DNA from: Podarcis vaucheri | Taxonomy: Eukaryota | DNA length: 64,000 nt | Strand: one strand, 5' to 3' | Assembly: GCA_965113315.1 (NCBI GenBank) | Contig: OZ220363.1 | Shown: one piece after another, positions 51,970-64,000 of the stretch | How the letters are laid out: every line of letters starts with the position of its first letter | Position numbering within the stretch: the stretch's first letter is position 1 | Position numbers and translations under genes: made by a program | The notes under the pieces: generated by a model | The model's input: only the letters and a program-made list of their open reading frames with translations | Database searches by the model: none | Told to the model about the DNA's origin: nothing

Positions 51970-52544
51970 TTAAAAACACCATAAGAGAACTATAAAATAT
52001 CAGGTAAAAGACACAAAATGTAACATTTAGTTGTTGGCAGCCCGGCTTTTCATTCTGTCAAAACACTTTCAGTTCTTCTATTTGATAGGCTTGCAATGCT
52101 AAATGTAGTCAGAACTGCAGCAGAATGATCGCTGCTCAACTTCATTTACCACCAGAACTAACTAATTTCCACATGAACTTTCAATTTTGCTTGTGGCTAA
52201 TATGCAGTCTTCTGTAAATGTGCTTTTGAAATTGTTTGCTTGTGGACTTTAACTCCAAATCAGTATCCATATCTAAAAGCAGACCTATATACTACCTAAC
52301 ATCCAGGGTTTAGATACTAATGAACATAGAAAACTGCCTTATTTCAAATTAGACTAAGCTCAATAGCAGCAATCTGAGGTTTCAAGCAGGAGTCTTTCCT
52401 AGCCCTATGTGGAAAGACAAGGATTGAAACAGAGGCCCCTAAGTTGCAAACAATATACTCTATCACTGATTTTCAAAAATTAAGTTTTAATGTTTTCTGA
52501 TTTCACTCACACACAGCTGATCCCACTAGCAAACACAAATATCT

Positions 52545-52760
52545 AAAGAGCAGTCACAGGGAAGATGGAGCAACCCTGTTTTTTCCTGACAGAGGAGCCA
52601 TCTCCCTCGGGAGGTTGTGGACTCTCCTTCATGTGAGGTTTTTAAGCAGAGGTTGGATGGCCATCTGTCATGGATGCTCTAGCTGTGATTCATGCACTGC
52701 ACGGAATTGGACAAGATGACCCTTGGGTACCTTCCAACTCTACAGTTCTGGGATTCTATA
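52545..52760 (+). mobile_element. CR1 LINE 3' end
   Basis: GAGGTTTTTAAGCAGAGGTTGGATGGCCATCTGTC...CCTTCCAACTCTACAGTTCT..GATTCTA terminal motif. Confidence 0.8.
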
Positions 52761-53756
52761 GCTGCTCTTATACAATTCATTTAGCAGAGGCCTCTGCTAA
52801 CAGACTCAATGAGGTTTTTTCACTAATTCTACCTCCCGCCTGCCACCTTCCATGCTGTTCTGAAGGGTTCCCAAAACTCTTCAGAGCAGATTATTTGTGA
52901 AGCAGCTGAGGCAGGGAGATGTACCGCTCCTTCCATTAGCAGAGGTGCTCACCAAACTGAAATATCTTCCATCTGTGGAACAGAACAACTGAACTCTACC
53001 CAACATCCCTACCCCCACACAGAAGGAACTACATGTCCCATTACTGCTCTAAGAAAGGGCTGTTTTGTCTAAAATAGCAATACTTTGTGCCACCTTAGCT
53101 GTGACCAATGCAAGCATCAGGGAGACAGATTGTAATATGCTACAGAAACAAGCAGCCACAGAATCTTCAGCTTATTCCTATGATCAGTGGTCAAAAGGTG
53201 AAAACATAAAGTAATGAACAATGGGGTTAAAAATAGCCTACTTCAAGTATATACTCTGATATATGTCCCAAATGCTGTGCCTGGGGCCACTGTAAAATTG
53301 CTCACTGTAATGCCAGCTAGGTGTCCTTAGCAATTTAACAAAAATTAGGAAATAATTTATAAAAAAAATATATTTTCACAATACTACTATGTAACCTAAG
53401 GTGAAGCAATATAAAGAATACAATGCAGTTATGGCCATGCTCAAAAGTTAGCACAGAGCTGGAGTATATACAGAAAATAACAACAAATTATCAGGAAGAA
53501 ACAGTATCTTCCTCACGAATACTTGCTTAAAAATGGAGAGTTCTGTGATGGGGGAAAAGAACTACCACAATAAGGAAGAGCAAATGTAGGTTTATAAAAT
53601 TATAAACAAATAAACAATTCTCTCAACACACTAGAACTCTTGAGTCATCAAATGGAAAGCTGTCAGTAGGTTTCAGGACAAACAGAAGAAAGCATAATTA
53701 ACTCATGAAAACCACTGAAACAGGACACAGAGATGTCCACTATCTTATATAGTTCA

Positions 53757-54278
<522 letters not shown>

Positions 54279-54610
54279 CTAAGAGTTTAAACCATGATCC
54301 TTAAGGTCTCAGGCCTCATCTAATAAGCTATTGTAAAACAGTGTGTGTGCCATCTTCAGAACTCTTCAGGGTTCAGGCTTTGCATCTGGCAGCAAGTAAG
54401 AAGCACCTGGATTGGTCAGACCTGGTATCACACACAGATTCTAAACAGAGCTTTACTCTCTACTGGCTGTACACTCTACCTCCTTTCAGCTCAAACCTTA
54501 GGGAATCTGAACTCAGAACATTGCCATCAATTCCGAGACTGAAGGGAAGATGCTTCTGCATCTTCCCTAGTCATAGTGCAGCATGCAGGAGCAAGATTAG
54601 AATGCTGGTA

Positions 54611-54844
54611 CAGTGGTACCTTGGTTGTCAAACTTAATCCGTTCTGGGAGCCCGTTCAACTCCAAGAACCATTCAAAAACCAAGGCGCGGCTTTCGATTG
54701 GTTGCAAGAGCTTCCTGCACTCAATCGGAAGTCGTGGAAGCTTCCAAAGAACATTCGAAAGCTGGAACACTTACTTCCGGGTTTTTGGCATTCGGGAGCC
54801 AAAACATATGCATACCAAGGCATTCTAGAACCAAGGTATGACTG
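54611..54844. mobile_element. TA-target MITE (TIR CAGTGGTACCTTGGTT)
   Basis: TA-CAGTGGTACCTTGGTT ... AACCAAGGTATGACTG-TA. Confidence 0.8.
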
Positions 54845-55349
54845 TATTGTGTTATTTTGCCAGAATGCTATAAGATGGGGGGGGGATGCCAGGAGATATG
54901 TAGATATGTAATCTACATTAATGGGTTTGTTACCTATAACCAACAGAATTAATACGAAGTTTTAAATTTTGTCACCTATTCAACAAAGTCCTCTAGGCTG
55001 TTCACAAAGTTATCTGGGTAGTAGTACACTCTCCAGGTACTATCCCAAATGGAAACTGAGCAATCTGTTTTTCTTAATGCTGCAACACAATTTAGAATGA
55101 GAATCACATATAATCCCATCCTAAAACTATTCAAAACAGAAGCACTGACTTTTTAGAGAAGTATGAAAGATTCTTCCAAGCAAGCTCTCCAGAGTGTCTG
55201 TCAACACCTGGTTATGGAAGAAGTACATCTGGTTCCCTCACCATTACAATGCTATCACATAAGGAACAGAAGTCTAGATGCCTTTAGATCAAGGTCTTAG
55301 GACAGAGAAAGAATGCCTACTATCCAGAATGCCACATGTCACTTCATTA

Positions 55350-55532
<183 letters not shown>

Positions 55533-56597
55533 CTATATAAACAAAAGAGAAGAGTTGGTATGCTCCCAGGTTACATTTAGAAAACTCACGAAAGTTGTTC
55601 TTTCACGCCATTCATGAAAACTTTTTTTTAAAAAAAATCCTATTATTTATTTATTGAATTTCTATACACTTCAGCCAAGGATCACAGGGCAGTTTACATT
55701 ATAAAAACACAAAACTACACAACATAGTAACAAACAATGACACTCAACAGTTTAAAAGACCATAAATTGTTTAATTTGCCAAAGGCCTTGGAGAAGAGGA
55801 ATGTTTCATATCCTATGAAAGGCAGACATTATATTGATATCTGTTAAAAAAGGCAACACAGCATTCAAATGATGGACAGGTTTCATTAATAAGTTGAAGC
55901 CGCTATATTTACATGTCATCGCAAGACATTTTCTTACACCTGTTTTCTATTACAGGTTAAGTACAGTGTATATTGTGGCATGAGGATTAACAGGAAGTGG
56001 GCAATAAAAAGAACACTGTATGAGCAAGCACAAAGAATACAATGGGAGAAATGAGGAACTAGACACTTTGATATATTCTATTTTAAAAACGACTTTCCAA
56101 TTTATTCTGCAAATCTTTGCAAAACTACCCAAATATGAACATTATAGAATTCTGCCTCATCAGCTAATTTCTCTAACTGATACAGGGGTACAATTCCTGC
56201 AGAAAAATGGTTTCATATACACACTGCACAAAACATGCAGTGGCCATCTGAATTGTGTTTGGAAATCAATATATTCAATGTATTTAAATATGTCCAATGT
56301 ATTGAGATATGTCTTAGACACCAGACTAAAGACACAATAAAACATGCAAAAGCAGCTTAAAGAGTAAAAAGGAAACCATTCACTTCAGCTGTTTGTCATT
56401 TTTTTACTTTAGAAGTCCCGTAAAAAAGTTAGTATGGATTTGTCTAGGTACGATATGATAAAACACAAGAGGCAAAAGTAAGGTATAATGATAGTGTACC
56501 TAATTAGCTATTGCTACTCATTGGAACAGATGTGTGAGTGCATGTTTAACAAGACATGGGTTTCCAATAAGACATAAAATTAAGGCATAAAAAATCA

Positions 56598-56726
<129 letters not shown>

Positions 56727-58134
56727 CTACAAGTAGGAAAACGAAATATTTACCATACTTTCCTTCAGTTCCTTATAGACATTATTTATTTATATGCCAC
56801 CCCTCTGCCAAGGAACTGAAAGCAGTAAAGAATTTTAAAATGCTAAACAAATAAATGAAAATACAGTTGGCCAGGTGAGAAGACAGCCCAACTGGAGCAG
56901 GTGTCTCCCTTACCTTCCTTTCTTCTTTCTTCCATTAGAGTATATTTTGTATTATTTTAACTTCTTCTGTGCATAGTAGGACCTCAGATAGGACAAATGC
57001 TCTTACCTGAAGCATAGATTTGATAGGTTCTGAGGATATGAATGAGTTTTTCTCAACACATTAGGGTCCTCAGTAACCATATCAAATCTGAGTTTCTAAT
57101 CTTTACTCAGATCAAAATTAATAGCTCTGGTTTTAAAGGTAAAGGTCTGTAACAAGCTTTAAGATGAACCATTTTTAAAATAAAACAAATGCTCTTGGAT
57201 ATACCTGCCTGTTACCTTAAGCCTAAAAACACATAAAGAGCCATTTGAAATGAAACTGAACTTCTGCCAAGATCCAAGTTGCTCTTCTCCAAACAGCAAG
57301 TGGGGAACTAACAGCTGGTCAGATATAGTGAAGAGATATATTAAATTATGTACAAAAGACACTGGCTTGATTGTGTAGCACAAACATGGGGCACTTCCAG
57401 CCTGCAGGCCACATTAGGCACACCAGAGAGCATAATCTGTCCAACAATATCAATTTTCCCCCAGCCATCATATGATGTCAGATGTGAGATCAGTAAAGTT
57501 ATGGCTGAGAAGAAACATTCAGGAGCCCTAGAATGTGCTCCCAATTGTTCCTCTGAAACAGGGCTTGAATTAGGTGTCTTTTTAATTTGGCAGCAAATGC
57601 AAACACACTGGGTTCAGCTCAGAGCTCCTAAGTAGACTGGATTCCCACAGAAGGTGGGAACTTGCATTTGACAGGAATCTTTGCAGCTTCAGGTTGAATT
57701 CAAGCTGTGGCTGCAAAGATTCTCAATGTCAATGTTTATTATTATGGCAAACAGCCAGCATACTCGGCAAAGATTCTGCAAATAAGAATCAGGAGTACTT
57801 TTAGAGTGTGTTCCCAATTATTCCTTTGAAGTTTAATAATCTGACAACGTATGACTGATAACTGACTGGAGGGTGGCCATGTGCATCTATCCAATTAGAA
57901 CCATAGAAGGTTGATCACCAGATCCTGTTCCCAACCCCTTGTGTAGAAGATGGGCTTTATTATTTTTAACTAAGATTAATGAAATTCTGTACCCATGCCG
58001 GCTATGTTAATTAAAAAACAAATGCATTGAAGTAAGCAAACATTGTTTTTAAAGAACTTTAATATATTGAAAGGAATCTCATGAACATATTCAAAGACAT
58101 TCTCTGCAGTTTATCTCCAATGGTACATTTCTCA

Positions 58135-58233
<99 letters not shown>

Positions 58234-60038
58234 CTAAAGAAAAAGAGACAGTATGTTATTATATAGTCAACTCCCCATTTTCTTGTGCTACCAAAAACAA
58301 TGTATCACATGCTCTTCCCAGGCATCCTCTTCTTCCACATCCAGTGATGCATGAGATAATGGCATAGTAAAATCAGCCTCCTGTAATTCCTCAACCATAA
58401 CTTGAAAAGGGTAAGGGGAGGAATTCCCTGCAAAATGTGGCATATGCGTACAAGAAGCTTTGATTTAGTACACACAGGAAAGGCAGCATTGGGACATGTC
58501 ATGCTTAAGGTCTGATGATAAGGAGGCAAGAAGGGCATCCTTCAACTGATCAATTAAAGAAGCAGACAAGTTCACATTCAAAACCTCTGATAAACCTTGA
58601 CCCATTGGTGGCAATGAACTTTGCTCATTACAGTAGATCCTAATTGGCCATCAGCAAAACCCTGAAATTCAGGCTCAGGATCAGAGGATATAGCTATGTC
58701 ATTATTAGTATTGCCAGCAGATGGCAGTAAAATCTCACTAGATAACTGAGCAGCACTCTGTGGCTGAGCCATGGATTGCTCTGAAGGAGATTTGTTTACA
58801 TGGGTAGACCTTACCTTACTGACAACACTGGAAAACAATGGCCCTTAGCATGGGAGGAGTGATTTGAGCAACTGCACGAAGCAGAGGACCACATTCTATG
58901 TTTATTTCGCTTTTTTATGCGGAGAGGCACCCAAACCTTGCAGAGACTCTAAGGACGCCATTGAAATTTATTGGGAGGAAATTGAGCCTCTGAACCAGAC
59001 TGCTGATTCAAATATTACTGCAGGCGAAACGTGTTGAAACAGCCCTTTGCGCTGCTGAAGCAGACAGGAGAACAAGGAGTTGAAGCTTATTTTCTTTGTC
59101 CCTTTCTTTCTCTGTAGAAGCAGCAATTCTTGAAGGAAAGCAAATGCGCTGAATAAAGGGTCCAAAAGGACAGTGAGGGTAAGGCGCAGAGCGGCTGTTA
59201 GGGAAGCAGCTCGCAGTCACTGCACGAGGCAGCCTGCACCGCAAAAAAAAGCTGGAATAAAAGGCATCCCATCTGCCAAAACGACAATAGCCAGCAACAA
59301 GAAATAAAGATAAAAATTAAGAAATTAATGGAAAATAGAAGTAAAACACTGAACGCAGAACATGGAAAGATGTTTAGCAGGGAGACAAGGTTGTTTGTTT
59401 TTTTACACCTCAGTGGAGGACGCATAAAAGGACCAATAGACAGGAAAAGTAGCCAATTACTAAGTAACTAAGAATAACGAAGAAAGCAGTTAAAGAGGAC
59501 TCTGCTAACAATCAACAAAACAGTGAGAGCTGAGGAGGAAAAAATTGAGGAGAAACGGTCTACCTCCCATAATTCTTTGCTCCTGCCTGAGTCTTGTGCA
59601 AGATGAACAACCCAATAAGAACACTTCATTGTCCATCATAATAAATCAGCACCATCCATGCACAGGGAAGGAGGTTAGTAGACTCTTGGGCTTACACAAG
59701 TACCTTGGTGGTTACAAAACAGCCCAAGAACAGACTGAGAACATTCAGTGGCCTGATTGGGGGCGTGGAAATAGACTGCCAGAGGGGAGGAGACATGGAA
59801 TGAGACATAGCCTGGGAAAGGACATGGCTGGTTGGAACCCTAGAAGAAGCACTCTACACGGCAACATTTTGTGGCAAGACTCACTTGTAAGAAAACAATG
59901 CTTAAAGAGTTGAAATGTTCTCTATAGATTCAAAACAGATGGGGGAAGAAACTCTATAAATATACTCACAGAAGTATACATAGAAGCAAAGCAAGCTAGC
60001 AACTAGTTTAAATGTGTTTCACCTCTTTCCTTAAATTA

Positions 60039-60442
60039 CCGTATTTTTCACCCTATAGGGCGCACCCAGTTTTTTCTGGGGGGGGGGGATAAAGGAAAAA
60101 AAATCCCCCCCCAGGCGCAGGGCTGGGGCAGGGGAAGCCCGAGCTTCCCTCGACCCCAGAACAGGCTTGCGGATATCTGCCCGAAGCCCGGGGTGCGCTC
60201 CGCTGCGTTCCCGGGTTTCGGGCTGCAGGCTGCTGTCTGCAAGCCTTGCGAGCCCAGCGCGACTTCCCAACGGGCTCCCAAGGCTTGCGGAGAGCTTCCT
60301 GAAGCCTGGAGAGCGAGAGGGGTCGGTGCGCACCGACCCCTCTCGCTCTCCAGGAAGCCTGCATTCGCCCCATAGGACGCACACACATTTCCCCTTCATT
60401 TTTGGAGGGGAAAAAGTGCGTCCTATAGGGCGAAAAATACGG
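60039..60442. mobile_element. GC-rich 404-bp CCGTATTTTT MITE with an internal perfect palindrome
   Basis: TA-CCGTATTTTTCACCCTATAGG...CCTATAGGGCGAAAAATACGG-TA; shares the CACGCAC/ACATTTCCCCTT subterminal block with the 169-bp family. Confidence 0.88.
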
Positions 60443-61414
60443 TATTTTATGTGGTTTCAAGTACTTTGCTAAATTATTGGATAGGCACTGATTTGTGTAT
60501 TTGTAGGTCTTTCTGGGCCTGCTCCTGAACCAGAGATTTTGTCTGCCCTTAGCAAATATACACCCTTGTGTCATTCCTATGAACCTTAATCCACCCTGCT
60601 GATGATATACCAAGTTCCAGGAGACCAACAAAGAAAGCTGTTTACAGATTGTACAAGGTCCAGGTATTGGCTCAGTTAGTGGACCACTGAACACCCATGA
60701 TCAGCTGCCTGCCTTGCTAGTTGCTTGCGCCAGCTATGAGTGAACAGCCATGTCTTGAAGTATATGCAAGAAGAGTTGCCTCTTCCTGAACTACATAATT
60801 ATCTAGTATTTCACTGAAAATCACCTTTTAGTTCAACAGCAGAAACAGGCTTCCTGCTAACCTTCAAGGTTTAAAACTGGAGACAGATAAACAGAATCCC
60901 ACCTGTCTTCTGTAATCACAATGAGAATTATATTGTTGGTGCTTTTGTACCCACCATCTAGAGCTAGCAGTTACCATCTGCTGTGCAACACCTCGATAAA
61001 AAAAGAAAGTCAAAAGTGGCCAAAAGACTGTGATCCATCCGTCAGTTCTCACATCCCACCAGAAAAACATTTTCCCAGCAAAGCCAAACCCCACCCTAGT
61101 CTGTATCAACCTCTCATAGGGAGTGGATCATGTGTGTCCCTTTCATCCATACCTACTAAAAATTAATTAGCACTCTTTTAATATGCCATGTAATTAAAAT
61201 GGTAATCAATTTATTTAGCAAATTTCAGTCACAGTATTATTTCCATTCTAAGAACATTCAGTATGATTAAAGGTGCATAAGTAGACATTTTCTTTTGCCA
61301 ACAATTTAAATATTTCAGGCAGTATTACTTACAATTATAAATCACCTATAGGAAAAAGACATGTGAAACAGAAAGTTAAGATAATCACACCATTTGTAAT
61401 TGTTTCAGTAACTA

Positions 61415-61513
<99 letters not shown>

Positions 61514-62304
61514 CTATCAATACAACAGAGGGGGAGAAATTCTGTTACACTGTGTTAGTTAAAGATATACAGTACATAAAAGCCACACTACAAAGAATAA
61601 TGTAGGCCTTCTACTCTGAAGTCTTCCCCCGCTAAGAATGCACAGGTCTGTTTAATCTATGTTATTGGGGCAACATGTTTGTATAATAAATAAAATTTAA
61701 ATGGGTATGGTAAATAAGTTTTGAACACATTTTAAGTAGTTCAGAAACATTTTTCTATTTAACCAGATTTATTAACTATAAGCTGCTGGGGATCAAAAGT
61801 GGTGAAAGTGATTTTGCACTCAGGACCTGCTTACAGGCTTTACAATAGGCATCTGGTTAGCCACTGTGAGAAGAGTTTACTAGACTGGATGGGTCCAGCA
61901 GGGCTCTTCTGTTCTTATTCAAATAGTTCCATTTTATTCAACCTTAAAGAAGCCATTTTGTTATTTCCCTTTTTTTTCAGCACCCAAATTCCAGTGCATT
62001 TTACTTTAGTTGCTAGTTTCCTATTCACTCCACGACTAGGATACTAAGTGCCCAGACAAACAAAAAAACCCTGTCCCCTTCATACAAAGCACTTTTTCAG
62101 TTCTTTGCAAACATACTCCTAGTTGCTTTATGCAAAGTATTAATGCTCGTTGCTAATTGAAAGTGCAATAAGCTCCAGTCAGACACCTTTTTATTCCTTA
62201 TTTTGGGAGATCAGGGAATAAGACAAAAGTTTCACAAGTCAGTAGTAGCCAGCATCTTTTTATTTATTTATTATTCTATTTACATATTTATATACTGCTT
62301 AATA

Positions 62305-62668
62305 GGGAGTGGGTGGTGCTGTGGTCTAAACCACTGAGCCTATTCAGATTGCTGATCAGAAGGTCAGCAGTTTGAATCCGAGCTCCCATTGCTCTGTCCC
62401 AACTTCTGCCAACCTAGCAGTTCGAAAGCACACCAGTGCAAGTAGATAAATAGGTACCGCTGAGGCGGGAAGGTAAATGGCATTTCTGTGTGCTCTGGTT
62501 TCTGTCACGGTGTCCCATTGTGCCAGAAGCAATTAAGTCATGCTGGCCACATGACCAGGAAAGCTGTCTGTGGACAAACGCTAGCTCCCTCAGCCTGAAG
62601 TGATATGAGTGCTGCCACCCCATAGTCACCTTTAACTGGACTTAACTGTCCATGGGTCCTTTACCTTA
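62305..62668 (+). mobile_element. Sauria SINE, near full length, 13-bp TSD ATACTGCTTAATA
   Basis: GTGCTGTGGTCTAAACCACTGAGC...GCAAGTAGATAAATAGGTACCGC...CCTTTACCTT; TSD at 62292-62304 and 62669-62681. Confidence 0.9.
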
Positions 62669-63639
62669 ATACTGCTTAATACTAACACAAAGTGTTTTAC
62701 AAAAACAAATTACTAATTTTTCTATAGTATTTGAAACTGAAAAACAGTGATGCAGTACAAATTAATAAAATAATTAAAAAACCAAACAAAATCCAGAAGC
62801 AAATTTTGGAAACATATTGAGTCAGGGCCCCCTTCCCTCCTCAGCCTCTAACTTGCCAAGTCATATCCTAACTCACAGTATGTAACATTCACCCAACTTC
62901 TGTTTTTCAATTACACAAATTGTACAAAATTCACTACTCATGCTGTATCACACATCCCATTCTATTCCCACACCTCACAGAAGCGAACTAACCTCCCAAT
63001 CCCTCCTATATCTCGCACTAAATCACCAAACCACTAACACCAATCACTCCTTACACGTTATTAAAAATGTACAGCAACAACACCAGGGGACAATGAACCT
63101 ACTCACTGACACAATTACCTCACTTTCATGTGATAGTAAACCATGGTTTAAAACAAAAAGTTAACATGGTGCTCCCCCTCCCTCTGCTCCTACTGTGACA
63201 GACAAAATAAGTCAGAGTGTGGCTTGTCATGTTATCCAAACCTGGCCTTGTGGTTTCCTTTGCTCAAACAAACAAGTAATAAGTGAAAAAGAAACCTTGG
63301 TTACCACTCGTGGGGGTTTTGGGTGAAAGAAACCACATGTTCCTATTTGTATGACATGACAAGCCACACTTTCCTATTTTGCTCAGAGCATAGCGGCAGC
63401 AGAATGATGGAGGATTACCCTAAAAACTTTGTAACAGCACATACCAGCATGCTACCCATTAACATTAAACCACAGATTGTATAAACCATAGTTTGGTCCC
63501 ACTCACTTAGCCCTTGGAGGTTTGGCCAGATTAGAACTTGGGTCTCAGACCTCTGGCGTAATGCATCAAGCATGGATAAAACAGTTCAGCCTGACAGTTA
63601 TTTTAAAAGCAGTCCAATATATCAAGTTTAAAATTATTA

Positions 63640-63807
<168 letters not shown>

Positions 63808-64000
63808 CTATACATGTTCTTCAACAACAATCTACACACAAGACAAACGCTGAATACAACATTAAGGCTGCAATCAATTACTTAAACTACCCTGCGTAGG
63901 ACTACCACTGGATGCAGTTATTTAAACTTTTGGGTAGACATGCATAGGACTGTGCTATTCAGTCATGTTAAACAGAACATCTTAATACTTTGAAATAAAG

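Noticed and set aside
60031-60694. ORFs of 100-213 aa
   Set aside because: They arise from the GC-rich MITE; no transposase motifs

Overview
Vertebrate genomic DNA, almost certainly from a squamate and probably a lacertid lizard (Sauria/Squam-type SINEs, Bov-B, CR1, L2 and many TA-target MITEs). It holds three protein-coding genes. (1) CDAN1 (codanin-1), minus strand: 20 coding exons from the ATG at 19813 to the left edge, all with GT-AG junctions and consistent phases; the gene runs off the window. (2) TTBK2 (tau-tubulin kinase 2), minus strand: kinase exons from 63771 to the stop at 39819, an apparent ~8 kb 3' UTR, and an extra in-frame 249-nt cassette exon candidate at 49300-49548. (3) Between them on the plus strand, an intact two-exon gene (20590-21043 + 23060-23712, 368 aa). 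It encodes an N-terminal Myb/SANT-like trihelix domain of the Harbinger-derived NAIF1/MSANTD type, a coiled coil, SUMO consensus sites and an LC8-type TQT motif. It lies head-to-head with CDAN1 across a shared CpG island, with 776 bp between the start codons. From memory, human CDAN1 and TTBK2 are direct neighbours with no such gene between them, so this unnamed gene is the top candidate for an undescribed system. Exon numbers follow my recollection of the human genes. No database searches were run.
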